DNA of 64,000 nucleotides. It comes from an uncultured Planctomycetota bacterium. Lineage in GTDB: Bacteria > Planctomycetota > Planctomycetia > Isosphaerales > Isosphaeraceae. Of this stretch, positions 10,851-20,591 are shown one piece after another. The stretch is taken from assembly GCA_963737655.1 (NCBI GenBank), contig CAVTTN010000002.1:2944001-3008000 (forward strand), written 5' to 3'. Under the pieces are notes generated by a model, which saw only the letters and a program-made list of their open reading frames with translations, was not told the DNA's origin and did no database searches. The translations under genes and the position numbers were made by a program. The number at the start of each line of letters is the position of its first letter. Position 1 is the stretch's first letter.

Positions 10851-11020
10851 GGAGATTGAACCGCCAAGACGCTAAGAGCGCCAAGGGGAGAGGAGAGTGG
10901 AGAGAAAACACGAGATCTTTTTAAATGAATTCTCTTCTCTTCTCTTCTCTTCACTTCTCTTCTCTTCACTTCTCTCTCCTCCCTCCTTGGCGCTCCTGGC
11001 GTCTTGGCGGTTCAATCTCC
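10851..11020. repeat. MITE/REP-like inverted repeat (~36-bp arms) with a purine/pyrimidine-skewed core; probable bidirectional terminator
   Basis: ggagattgaaccgccaagacgctaagagcgccaagg ... ccttggcgctcctggcgtcttggcggttcaatctcc; (TCTCT)n at ~10930-10975. Confidence 0.85.
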
Positions 11021-11031
11021 TCCTCCCAAGC

Positions 11032-12795
11032 TCACCGATCGCCCGGGAGGGCCTTCAAGACCTCCTCGCGGAGCCGCTTCACCTCGGCGGGGTCGGCGGA
11101 GGCGCCCCGGCCGATCATCTCGGCCCACCGCGCGATCGCCTCGCGACGACGGGCCGGATCAAGCTCCCTGGCCCGGCGGCTCCCCGAGATCCTCAGCCCG
11201 TCCTTGCCGAATCCGACCTTGATCTCGAACGGGTTCGCATCGGCATGATACGACTCGTCGAGATTGGCGATGGCACGCATCGCGTTCGCATAGGTATAAA
11301 GGTGAGAAAGGAGCGTCGAGGAGGGACGAATCGTCCGGTTCAGCTCGTCCGCGACGGTGGCGGATGACCGACGATCGACGATCAGCCGATCCCCCGGCAG
11401 GATCTGGAGGTTCTTCGTCACGTCCCCACGATCGCGGATCGCCTCCAGGTCGATCGGATAAACTTTTGCCGACTTCTTGCCCCACGGCGGAGGGACCAGG
11501 CGGAGCGTCTTCGGGTCGGTGTCGGCCGAGAAGCCGCCGGCGTACTGGATCGCATCCAGGACTGTCTCCATCCCGGTGAACGGCAGGCGTCCCGGGGTCT
11601 GGAACTCGCCGAGGACGAGGTAGGTCCGGCTGTTGTAGGCCGCGACATCGACGAAGACCCGGTCGGATTCTTCCGGCGGGACCGAAATGAGGATTTCGGG
11701 GCCGATCCGACCCAATTCCCGCGACTTGGGGCCCCGACCCGCGTCCTCGTTCGGCGCCTCGGTTCGTGCGAGAAGCGCCGATCCCGAGAAGGCCGGGTCG
11801 CGGACCCGGACGGCCGGGGCCTTCACGGTCTTCGGCGTCCCGGTGGCGCCCCGGAAGGCCCGGGCCCGCCGGACCTCGTTCCCCGGCCCGGCCGCCAGGC
11901 GGACCCGGCCGGTGCGCTCCGCCGGAGTCGTCGTCGAGGCGCCCTTCGGCTCGGCCGCCCCTCGGGGACGGGTCGGAGGTTCGAGCAAGTCTTCATCCTT
12001 GGGGAGTCCGGGCAGTTCTGCCGGGGCCGGAGCGGGAGCCGGAGCCGGAGCAGGTACTGGGGCCGGGGCGGGAGCCGGCGACGGGGCCTCGTCGACCACC
12101 TGGGTGGCGATCAGCCCGAGCGCCTCGTCCGTCAAGAATTTCCGCAAGTGCAGAATCACTTTAATCTTGATTTGTTCCGGGCTCAGACCTCGGACGGGAA
12201 TATCTCCATAAAACCCGAGGGTGATCGTGCCGTCCGGCCGGACCAGGTGCTCTCCGGTGATCGCTCGTCCGGGCAAGGCTTCGAGCACCTCGACGTAGAT
12301 CAGGTCGGGCGGGTTGACGACCTGGGGGATGTCGAACATCGCCCCTTCGTGGGGCGGCGGGTCGTCGGGGACGTCCGGCGCCGGCAGGGGCCGGATCGAT
12401 TCCAGGGTCGGCAGCCACGCCGTGATCCGAGGACCGGGATCGAAGGCGACCTCGTCCGGCTGGCCGTTCTCGGGATTCTCCTGTTCTTTCAAAAGCTCTC
12501 GTACCGGGGGCGAGAAGGCACCGGCGGGACGGCCCGACGTCGGCGAGGCGGACGATTCGGCCTTATCGCTCGGTTGGGGCGATTCCGAGGGCTTGCCGCC
12601 CTCGATCTTGATCGTGACCGCCCCGCCCTTCGGGTCGGTGGTGATCTGGATCGTCGATTTCCCGTCCTCCGACGCCGAGACCGTCGCCTGAGGGGGCGTC
12701 CCCCGGGCCATCGGCGCGAGCGTCGCCCCGATCGCGACCAGGGCCGCCGCGCCCGCGACCCCAACCCCCGCCCGCCACGCCCAACGTCGCCCCAT
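11032..12795 (-). CDS. polysaccharide biosynthesis/export (Wza-like, Poly_export + SLBB) protein
   Basis: signal-like N-terminus; 'PPDLIYVEV..LPGRAITGEHLVRPDGTITLGFYGDIPVRGL'; 'YLVLGE..TPGRLPFTG.ETVLDAI..AGG'; 'NLQILPGDRLIV'. Confidence 0.85.
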   Translation of the reverse strand: MGRRWAWRAGVGVAGAAALVAIGATLAPMARGTPPQATVSASEDGKSTIQITTDPKGGAVTIKIEGGKPSESPQPSDKAESSASPTSGRPAGAFSPPVRELLKEQENPENGQPDEVAFDPGPRITAWLPTLESIRPLPAPDVPDDPPPHEGAMFDIPQVVNPPDLIYVEVLEALPGRAITGEHLVRPDGTITLGFYGDIPVRGLSPEQIKIKVILHLRKFLTDEALGLIATQVVDEAPSPAPAPAPVPAPAPAPAPAPAELPGLPKDEDLLEPPTRPRGAAEPKGASTTTPAERTGRVRLAAGPGNEVRRARAFRGATGTPKTVKAPAVRVRDPAFSGSALLARTEAPNEDAGRGPKSRELGRIGPEILISVPPEESDRVFVDVAAYNSRTYLVLGEFQTPGRLPFTGMETVLDAIQYAGGFSADTDPKTLRLVPPPWGKKSAKVYPIDLEAIRDRGDVTKNLQILPGDRLIVDRRSSATVADELNRTIRPSSTLLSHLYTYANAMRAIANLDESYHADANPFEIKVGFGKDGLRISGSRRARELDPARRREAIARWAEMIGRGASADPAEVKRLREEVLKALPGDR

Positions 12796-12981
12796 GAGAC
12801 CCTCCCACTTCGAGGACCGGGAACCCCGCATCGGATCGACGTCCATGAATCTAAGCGATCGTCCCGATCCCGTCAAACCAAAAGGGGCCGAAGCCCCCAG
12901 GTTGCCGGACCGTCGCGATTGGATCGCAATTCCGCCGAATTCCTCTCTTCATCCGCGACATGCCGTCGAAGTGAAGCCGAG

Positions 12982-13081
12982 GGCCTTCGGCGTCCGCAGA
13001 GGACGCAGAGGACGCAGATTGGTGAGTTTGAGTCATGTCTTTTATCTGCGTCCTCTGCGTTATCTGCGGACGCCGAAGGCC
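12982..13081. repeat. REP-like inverted repeat, family C (ACGCAGA units)
   Basis: ggccttcggcgtccgcagaggacgcagaggacgcagat ... atctgcgtcctctgcgttatctgcggacgccgaaggcc; related copy at 18179-18249, partial at ~15777-15825. Confidence 0.85.
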
Positions 13082-13210
13082 GTTCCCCAATTGCGGATCG
13101 TCCGAAAGTTGCTTAATTTGTCTTGAATCGGGAATCTTGAAAATTGATGAAATGAGCAGGTGTGCGTACTTCAAGTATTTGTCGAATTCGCATTATTTGA
13201 ATTCGGGAAG

Positions 13211-13252
13211 TTGACAACACTTTTCGCGAAATTGACAACACTTTTCGCGAAA
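13211..13252. repeat. perfect 21-bp tandem duplication in an AT-rich intergenic region
   Basis: TTGACAACACTTTTCGCGAAA x2. Confidence 0.9.
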
Positions 13253-13655
13253 AAATTGCGGATTCCCTGGAAAACAAGCGGTTTCCTCGTGGATCACCTG
13301 CGCCATTGTGCGTTTGTGTACTACTGGAGAGTGGTTGTGAATCTGCCGGAAAACCTGGCTTGGCAACAAGTTTCGACGAGAGATGCCCGAGGCCCAGAAG
13401 CGGCATCCGGGAGCGTTTCGCGACGGTTGCGCGCCGGGCCGAGACGGCCCGAATGTCATGACGTTGGCATGACACTGCGGCGCGGTTTGTGACACGGGGA
13501 TGTCGCCCGAAAAAAAACGAGCGATCGAAACGGCTCCCGGTCGCGATGATGATCGACGTGGCCCTCGGCGATGGCTGGGGGCGTCCTCGATCCTCGTTTC
13601 GGACTCCTCGACCGATGGCCGCCCCGCGCCTTCACCGAATCTGGACCAGGCCGGC

Positions 13656-14438
13656 TCAGAGCACCCTTGAGGCCGATTCGCGGTCCAGGTACAGCCTCGC
13701 GCCGGGGTGGGTGCGGAGGGCGGAGGCCGGGCACTGCTCGTTCATCGGGCCTCTCAGCGTCCGCTCGATGGCCTCGGCCTTCCTCGGGCCGGGGACGACG
13801 ACCGAGACGACCGGCGCCGAGAGCAGCGCCGGGATGGTGAGCGTCAACGCATGCGTGGGCACGTCCTCGATCCGGCCGAAACAGCCGTCGTGGACCTGCT
13901 GGAGCCGGCAAGCCTGGTCGAGCTTGACGGCCTTGACCCACAAGGGATCGGCGAAATCGGCGACCGGCGGGTCGTTGAAGGCGAGGTGCCCGTTCTCGCC
14001 GATCCCGGCGCAGACCAGGTCCGGCCTCGCCCCCCGGACGGTCATTTCATAAGCAAACGCCACGCTCGCCGCCTTCTCGGGCCGGTCGGCGGCGATCGGG
14101 CGGAGGCGTCTTTGCTCGATCCCGGCCGGGTCGAAGAGGTTTCGCTGCAAGTAGTTGCGGAACGAGGCGGGATGATCGGGCGGGAGGCCGAGGTATTCGT
14201 CCATGTGGAGGGCCACGATCCGCGACCAGTCCACCCGGCCGTCCTGAACGAGTTCGGCGAGGAACTCATCCTGGCTCGGCGCGGCGGCGAAGACCACTCG
14301 GGCCTCGCCGGATCGGGCCTGGAACTCCGAAATCTCCCGGGCCACGTCCCGGGCCGCCGCCCGGCCGAGGGCGGCCCGCGTCTCGAACACCGAGACGCTC
14401 AGGGAATCGACCGAAAACCGCGAGATCGGCTCGTCCAT
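13656..14438 (-). CDS. glucosamine-6-phosphate deaminase / 6-phosphogluconolactonase family protein
   Basis: 'FAAAPSQ', 'HMDEY.GL', 'GIGENGHLAFNDP', 'HALTLTIP', 'CPASALR.HP'. Confidence 0.88.
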   Translation of the reverse strand: MDEPISRFSVDSLSVSVFETRAALGRAAARDVAREISEFQARSGEARVVFAAAPSQDEFLAELVQDGRVDWSRIVALHMDEYLGLPPDHPASFRNYLQRNLFDPAGIEQRRLRPIAADRPEKAASVAFAYEMTVRGARPDLVCAGIGENGHLAFNDPPVADFADPLWVKAVKLDQACRLQQVHDGCFGRIEDVPTHALTLTIPALLSAPVVSVVVPGPRKAEAIERTLRGPMNEQCPASALRTHPGARLYLDRESASRVL

Positions 14439-14539
14439 AGGCCCCGAGGATGATCGCCCGGACCGGGCGAGTCAAGCGGCCTCTCCGGGTGGCATGCTCA
14501 CGACTTCGAGAGCCTGCCACCCCCCATCACTCGATCGCA

Positions 14540-14746
14540 TCAGGCCGATCGGGCCATCGCGGCGTCTCGGGGGCGGGTCTGGAGGTGTTCGCAGAGGCGG
14601 CGGCATTCGGTCAGGTCGACCATCAGGGCATCGGTCAAAAAGGACTGGCTCGGGCCTTCGGGTGCCCACTGGAGCTGCTCGTGGCACCGGCTCATGTGCT
14701 CGATCAGGTCCTTCATCCAGAGGAGGGTGGTCTGTCGATTCCTCAT
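14540..14746 (-). CDS. small hypothetical helical protein (68 aa, MRNRQTTLLWMKDLIEH...)
   Basis: GC-rich third codon positions and an amphipathic sequence in the tail of ORF 14540..15415; AT-richer putative promoter region upstream. Confidence 0.55.
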   Translation of the reverse strand: MRNRQTTLLWMKDLIEHMSRCHEQLQWAPEGPSQSFLTDALMVDLTECRRLCEHLQTRPRDAAMARSA

Positions 14747-15031
14747 CCGGTCGATCCCCATTCCATTGGGCAAGACGGGTGTGCTCGTGACGCGGAATAT
14801 GAGGGAAGCAAGGGGCGTGCCGGTCGGGTCAAGAGGCGGGGAATTCACGGCCCAAAGCCCCACGTCGTCGCGACTTGAGGCAAAATCGAAAAAAACCGAA
14901 CTCCCGGCCCGCCCCGCTCGGCTTGTAAGGCTTACAGCCCACAAGTCTTCCAGGTTTGCGGTCCTTCCTTTCCCCGGCCGCCGATCATAGACTGGAGCGA
15001 GGACCGGAGCGATGCGCGCGAGGGCGGACGG

Positions 15032-15807
15032 ATGGCCGAAACGGCGACGGCGACCGGATCGCGAGACGGCGGGGGCGGCCTCTGGGGCCTGCCTTCCACC
15101 GTGGCCCGCTGGATCTTCGGCCGTGGCGGCGAGACCTCGCGACCCCGGGCGGACTCCACCCCCCTGCCCCGGTTCCGCAACGTCTGCATCAGCCGGGAAG
15201 CCGGAGCGGGCGGCGGGACGATCGCCCGCCTCGTCGGAACTCGACTGGGCTGGAAGGTTTACGACCACGAGTTGCTGGAGGCCATCGCCCACGGGATGCA
15301 AATCCCGGCCGAGGAGGCGAGGCTCTACGATGAGCTCGCCCCCAGCCTCGTCCAGGACTGGCTGTTGCCCCTCCGCGAGGAGCATTATGCCCCCCAGGAA
15401 GCCTATCTTGACCACCTCGCCAAGCTCGTCGAGTCGATCGGCAAGGCGGGCGAGTCGATCCTGGTCGGCCGGGGCGCGGCGTACCTGCTCCCGCGCCGGA
15501 AATCCTCTCGGTGAGGATCGTGGCGCCCTTGAAGGAGCGGGCCCGCAAACTTTCGGAACGAATGGGCGTCTCGGTCCGCACGGCGAAGCGAGCGGCGATC
15601 GACCTCGACCGCCGCTCGGCCCGGTTCATCCGCACCCTCCACCGGGCCGATGTGAACGACATCCACCAGTACGACCTGGTCCTCGACAGCCACGCGCTGG
15701 GGCTGTCGATCGCCACCGAGCTGATCCTGAGGACCGTCGAGATGGGTCGGCCGAAGAAAGAGGCGTTTTCGGCCTCCGCAGATTGCGCAGAGTTCCAGAA
15801 TCCCTGA
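15032..15807 (+). CDS. cytidylate kinase-like family protein (frameshift near 15500; start uncertain)
   Basis: 'VCISREAGAGGGTIAR..G.RLGWKVYD.ELL', 'ILVGRGA', 'RIVAPL..R', 'YDLVLDS'. Confidence 0.8.
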
Positions 15808-15858
15808 TCCCCGAAAATCTGCGTATTCTGCCGACGCCGATGGTTCTTCGGGATTGGC

Positions 15859-16755
15859 TCAGGCCGGGACCTCGGACGGATCGACGGCCACGATGGTCAT
15901 CCCGTAGCGGTCGGCCAGGGCGACGACGTCGGCCTGGTCGATCACGATGGTCTTCCTCGCCTCGATGGCGAGGACCCGGGCCCCGGCCTTGTGGAGGTTC
16001 TCGATGGTGGTGGTGCCGATGGTGGGGACGTCGAACCTCATGTCCTGCTGGGGTTTCGCGACCTTGACGAGGGTCCAGCCGCCGCTCCGGCAGAGCCCTC
16101 CGGCCCGTTCGATGCAGCGGTCGGTCCCTTCGATGGCCTCGACGGCCAGGGCGGCGCTCTCCTTGACCGCCACGCTTTGCCCGACGTCGAGCCGGCCCAT
16201 CTCCTTGGCCAGGGTCCAGCCGAACTCGACGTCCTTCATCTCGGCCGCCGAGGGGCGGCGCCTGGTCAGGATTCCTCGGGTCACGAGCAGCTCCGGGCAA
16301 TAATCCAGGGCCGAACCGAACGTGATTCCGTCCCTCTCGAACTCGGCGATCACCCCCAGGAGGATCGAGTCGTCCCTCTTATCGCTCAGGCTGAGATACC
16401 ACATGCGAGCCATGCGGAAATCGGGCATGAGCTGGACGGCCCGCCAGGGGGTGTACATCACGCTCTTGGTCACCTTGCCGGCCATCACGACCCGCTCGGC
16501 GCCCATCCGGCGGAACGTGCGGATCATCTTCCCAAGTTTCGAGACGCCCACGGTTTCGAACGAATCGCAGAGCGAGCGGAGCTGCTCGCTCGCCTCATAC
16601 TTGACCCCCACGCACGCCACCGGCAGGCCCTGCCGCCTCGCCGCCTCGGCGAAGAGGATCGGGAACCGGCCGCTCCCGGCGAGGAGGCCGATCGGCGAGC
16701 GAGAGTTCGAGCGGTTCGAGGCCGATCGCGCAACCCGGGCCACCGTACTCATCAT
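15859..16755 (-). CDS. lpxI: UDP-2,3-diacylglucosamine diphosphatase LpxI family
   Basis: 'IGLLAGSGRFP', 'DVGQSV', 'AVEAIEGTD', 'KPQQDMRFDVPTIG'; downstream of lpxD. Confidence 0.92.
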   Translation of the reverse strand: MMSTVARVARSASNRSNSRSPIGLLAGSGRFPILFAEAARRQGLPVACVGVKYEASEQLRSLCDSFETVGVSKLGKMIRTFRRMGAERVVMAGKVTKSVMYTPWRAVQLMPDFRMARMWYLSLSDKRDDSILLGVIAEFERDGITFGSALDYCPELLVTRGILTRRRPSAAEMKDVEFGWTLAKEMGRLDVGQSVAVKESAALAVEAIEGTDRCIERAGGLCRSGGWTLVKVAKPQQDMRFDVPTIGTTTIENLHKAGARVLAIEARKTIVIDQADVVALADRYGMTIVAVDPSEVPA

Positions 16756-16809
16756 CGGAAATCCTTCGGGGAATGATCCGTCCATCCACCCGGGCGCACC
16801 GCCTTCGGA

Positions 16810-17880
16810 TTACTCGAAATCCGCCGGGGGATCGTGGGGGTGGGCGGTCAGTAAGGCGACCTGGGCGGCGAGCTCGCGCAATTGGCGATTGAATTCGGGC
16901 AATCTCGCGATCATCTGGAAGATGCGGCGTTGTTCGCGGATCGGGATGGCCGGCGAGCCCAGGAGCTGCTGACCCGAGGGGACGCTGCGATGGACCCCGG
17001 CCTGGGCCCCGACGATCACCTTGTCGCCGATCTCGGTATGGTCCTTGATCCCGGCCTGTCCGGCCATCACCACGTAATCCCCCGTCTTGCAGCTCCCGGC
17101 GATGCCGACCTGCCCGCAGAGGAGGTTGTGCTTGCCGATCCGGTTGTTGTGGCCGATCATCACGAGGTTATCGATCTTGGTGCCCTCGCCGATCACCGTG
17201 GCCTCGAACGTGCCCCGGTCGATCGAGCAATTCGAGCCGATCTCCACGTCGTCGCCGACCTCGACGTTGCCGGTCTGGGGGATCTTCTCGTGGCGGCCGT
17301 CGGCCAGGCGATAGCCGAAGCCGTCGGCGCCCAGGACGGTGCCGGAATGGACCTCGACGCGATCGCCCAGGACCACGCCGTCATAGAGGACGACGTTCGG
17401 ATGCAAGGTCACGCCCCGGCCGATCTTGCAGCGATCGCCGACCACCACCCCGGGCTTCAGCGTGGACCCCTCGCCGATTTCGGCCTCGTCCCCCACGTAG
17501 GCGAACGGATAAACCGCCACGCCCGGGCCGATCCGGGCGGTCGGCGCCACGAACGCCTGGGGATGGACGCCGGTCCATCGCGGCTTGTCCCCCCCCTTGA
17601 GCATGGTCCGGACCGCGACGAAGGCGGACCGGGGGTCGTCCACCTCGATCACCGGGAGTTCCTTCTCGCGGTCGGCCGTGAACCTCTTGAAGTGAGGGCC
17701 GACGATCGCCGCCGAGGCCGGAGAGGTCCGGAGCATCTTGGCGTAGCGTTCATCGTCGATGAACGTGATGTCCCCCGGTCCCGCCTCGGCCACCGGCCGG
17801 GCCGAGCGGATCGACACCGTCCCGTCGCCGACGAGCCGGCCGTGGACGAGGGCCGCGAGCTGTTCCACCGTGGCTGTCAC
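16810..17880 (-). CDS. lpxD: UDP-3-O-(3-hydroxyacyl)glucosamine N-acyltransferase
   Basis: hexapeptide repeats, 'GADGFGY', 'KIPQTGNV', 'IDRG', '[11 protein letters not shown]'. Confidence 0.95.
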   Translation of the reverse strand: MTATVEQLAALVHGRLVGDGTVSIRSARPVAEAGPGDITFIDDERYAKMLRTSPASAAIVGPHFKRFTADREKELPVIEVDDPRSAFVAVRTMLKGGDKPRWTGVHPQAFVAPTARIGPGVAVYPFAYVGDEAEIGEGSTLKPGVVVGDRCKIGRGVTLHPNVVLYDGVVLGDRVEVHSGTVLGADGFGYRLADGRHEKIPQTGNVEVGDDVEIGSNCSIDRGTFEATVIGEGTKIDNLVMIGHNNRIGKHNLLCGQVGIAGSCKTGDYVVMAGQAGIKDHTEIGDKVIVGAQAGVHRSVPSGQQLLGSPAIPIREQRRIFQMIARLPEFNRQLRELAAQVALLTAHPHDPPADFE

Positions 17881-18178
17881 GTGTCTCCCCTTTCTTCCCT
17901 GAAAGGAGCGATCCGGAGACCGACCGGTCGAGTGCGGGATCGCGGGCCCTCCGCCCTATCAGGCCGAGGGCTCGCCGCCCCCGGACCCGGAGGGGGATCG
18001 GCGGCGGATGGTACTCCGAAGCCTCGGGGCGGGCAAGGCGAGTCGCCGTCTCTTCCACTATCCGGCTTCTATCGGCTTTCGATCACCCTTTCCGTAGGGT
18101 GCATGAAATGCACCATCTTCGATTCGCTCATTCCCGGCCGAAATCTACGCTCTCCGCGATATGCTGGGGAAGAAACCC

Positions 18179-18249
18179 GAAACGCAGATTACGCAGATTG
18201 AAAAGAAACTGTTTGTATTAATCTGCGTAATCTGCGTAATCTGCGTTTC
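18179..18249. repeat. REP-like inverted repeat, family C
   Basis: gaaacgcagattacgcagatt ... aatctgcgtaatctgcgtaatctgcgtttc. Confidence 0.85.
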
Positions 18250-18296
18250 CGATGGATTCCAGACTTCTTCGCTAGAGCATGGGCTGCCCCTGCGTT

Positions 18297-19010
18297 TCAG
18301 GCACTGGACAGTCGCTTGGCCAATTCGTGGAGGTCCGGGAGGGCCTGGAGATCGGGGTCGGCCCGGCGGTCTCGGTCGATCAGGACGGCTCGGAGGCCAG
18401 CGCGGATCGGGCCGTTCCGATCGTTCTCGAGGTCGTCGCCTGCGCAGAGGACCTTTTCCGGGGGGAGGTTCAGGCGATCGCTCGCGGCCCGGTAGAAGTC
18501 GGGATGCGGCTTCCGTCGGCCGACTTCCGAGGAAATCACGATCGGAACGTCCAGCGAGGCGAACGCGGACAACCCATTCAGGACGTTTCGCAACCGGCCG
18601 TCGAAATTCGAGGCGATGGCGATCCGCAGCCCGGCTTGCTGGAACGCGAGGAGGGCGGGCTCGACGTCGGGGAAGGTGATCCAGGAGGCGGGGTCGCCGA
18701 AATGGTCCCAGAGTTCGGCGAAGGCCCGCCCGGGATCGGGCAGTTCGGGCAGGCAGTCGCGGACGATCCGCTGCCAGCGGCGGCGCTCGGTCGGTTCGTC
18801 GGTGAACAGGGGGCCCCGGGCCTCGTCGATCTCGTCGGTGCCGAAGCTGGTGCGGAATCGTCTTCGGATCACGGCGGGGTCGAGGTCGATACCCTGTCGG
18901 GAGGCGGCCCCGGCGTAGGCGACGGCCACCGAGGGCCGCGGATCGATTAACGTCCCCACGGCGTCGAGGACGATCCCCCCAATATCGGCGAATCGCGGAT
19001 CGTCGGCCAT
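18297..19010 (-). CDS. HAD-superfamily (IA) hydrolase
   Basis: 'VLDAVGTL', 'ASNFD.RL', 'SSEVGRRKP', 'GDDLEND'. Confidence 0.88.
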   Translation of the reverse strand: MADDPRFADIGGIVLDAVGTLIDPRPSVAVAYAGAASRQGIDLDPAVIRRRFRTSFGTDEIDEARGPLFTDEPTERRRWQRIVRDCLPELPDPGRAFAELWDHFGDPASWITFPDVEPALLAFQQAGLRIAIASNFDGRLRNVLNGLSAFASLDVPIVISSEVGRRKPHPDFYRAASDRLNLPPEKVLCAGDDLENDRNGPIRAGLRAVLIDRDRRADPDLQALPDLHELAKRLSSA

Positions 19011-19344
19011 GGTCGCCCCGATAGTTTGGATCAGAAGCGTCGGTCGCGGACGGCGTCCCGAGGAAAACGGCGCGAGGCGGGAACCCCTCGGCTCATTGTG
19101 GGCCTAGGGTTCCCTTCGGGAAGGAGTCCCTGGCCCGAGACCGGGCCGATTCTCGACTCCCGATCCGGAGAACCATCCGATGTCCCCCAACCGCCCGCAG
19201 CCACCGTCGCCCCGACCGTCCGGACCGACCGCCGCCGCCCTGAGCCGCGCCCTGGACCGTCGCCACTCCCTGGACGCCCAGCAGAAGCTCCACCAGACCC
19301 AGAAGCCCGCGCCTCCGCCGACGAAACCACCCGGGAATTAGGGG

Positions 19345-19433
19345 CCGGGTGGCATGCTCACGTCTTCGTAAGCATGTCTTCGGTTCGAGACTGACCGAAG
19401 ACATGCTTACGAAGACGTGAGCATGCCACCCGG
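19345..19433. repeat. REP-like near-perfect long hairpin, family A, downstream of tsaD
   Basis: ccgggtggcatgctcacgtcttcgtaagcatgtcttcggt ... accgaagacatgcttacgaagacgtgagcatgccacccgg. Confidence 0.9.
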
Positions 19434-19446
19434 GCAGGCATGACGT

Positions 19447-20493
19447 CTAGGGCGAACCCGAGCGACCCGGCCGGACCAGGCCGGCGCCGACGTCCTCGTC
19501 GAGCCCGGCGACCTGGCCGGCCTGGAGCTTGACGAACGCCACCCCGGCCATCGCGGCGTTGTCGGTGCAGAGGCTCAGGGGCGGGATGAACAGCTCGACT
19601 CGTTCCTCGGCCGCCATCGCCGAAATCGCCTGGCGGAATCGCCCGTTGGCCGCGACTCCTCCGCCGATCCCGAGCCGAGCGAGGCCCGTCGAGCGGATCG
19701 CCTGCCGGGCCTTGCCCACCAGGACATCCACGACCGCCTCCTGGAAGCTCGCCGCCAGGTCCGCGACGAGACAGGGCGACGGCGGATCGATGTTCCCTCG
19801 GCCGTCCTGGCCTCGCAGCGCGTACAACACGGCGGTTTTCAGTCCCGAGAAGCTGAAGGCAAGGCGGTCGTCACGGAGGAAAGCCCGGGGGAACGCGAAC
19901 GCCTTCGGGTTGCCGTTCTTGGCGGTGGCCTCGATGAACGGGCCTCCGGGATAGCCCAGGCCCAGGAGGCTGGCCACCTTGTCGAACGCCTCCCCGGCCG
20001 CGTCGTCGATCGTCCCGCCCAGAAGCTCGGCCCGGATCGGCCCGAGACATCGAAACAGGCTGGTATGGCCCCCCGAGACCACCAGGCCGACGCACGGATA
20101 GACCTCCCGCTCGGGATAGGCGAGCTGGCAGGCATAAAGATGCCCTTCCAGGTGATCGACGGCCACGAGCGGGACGTCCAGGGCCAGGGCGAGGGTCTTG
20201 GCGGCGGTCAGGCCGACGACCAGGGCGCCGACCAGCCCCGGACGGGTCGCCACGGCGACCGCCCCGAGGTCCCCCAGGCCGATCCCGGCCTGCTTCAGGG
20301 CCTCGTCGATGGTCGGCAGGAGGTTCTGGACGTGGGCCCGGGCGGCGATCTCGGGGACGACCCCGCCGAACCGCCGATGGAGGGCGATCTGCGAGGCCAC
20401 CACGCTGCTGAGGACCCTCGGCACGCCGTCTCCGCCGTCGAGGACGGCCGCCCCGGTCTCGTCGCACGTCGTTTCCAGGGCAAGCAGGAGCAT
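19447..20493 (-). CDS. tsaD: tRNA N6-adenosine threonylcarbamoyltransferase
   Basis: 'LETTCDET', 'GGVVPEIAARAH', 'HLEGH', 'VSGGHT', 'DDAAGEAFDK', 'FSFSGLKT', 'GGVAAN', 'TDNAAM'. Confidence 0.96.
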   Translation of the reverse strand: MLLLALETTCDETGAAVLDGGDGVPRVLSSVVASQIALHRRFGGVVPEIAARAHVQNLLPTIDEALKQAGIGLGDLGAVAVATRPGLVGALVVGLTAAKTLALALDVPLVAVDHLEGHLYACQLAYPEREVYPCVGLVVSGGHTSLFRCLGPIRAELLGGTIDDAAGEAFDKVASLLGLGYPGGPFIEATAKNGNPKAFAFPRAFLRDDRLAFSFSGLKTAVLYALRGQDGRGNIDPPSPCLVADLAASFQEAVVDVLVGKARQAIRSTGLARLGIGGGVAANGRFRQAISAMAAEERVELFIPPLSLCTDNAAMAGVAFVKLQAGQVAGLDEDVGAGLVRPGRSGSP

Positions 20494-20591
20494 CGGGACC
20501 GCCCGGGACGATGGACGAGGGACGATCGCCCCGAGCCTCGCGAACCGAATCGCGGGGCGCGGGGCGATCGCGGGGCCTCGACGCCTCGATG

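Noticed and set aside
19020..19340. Small ORFs between the HAD gene and tsaD
   Set aside because: Low-complexity GC-rich translations in all frames with no motif or convincing start.
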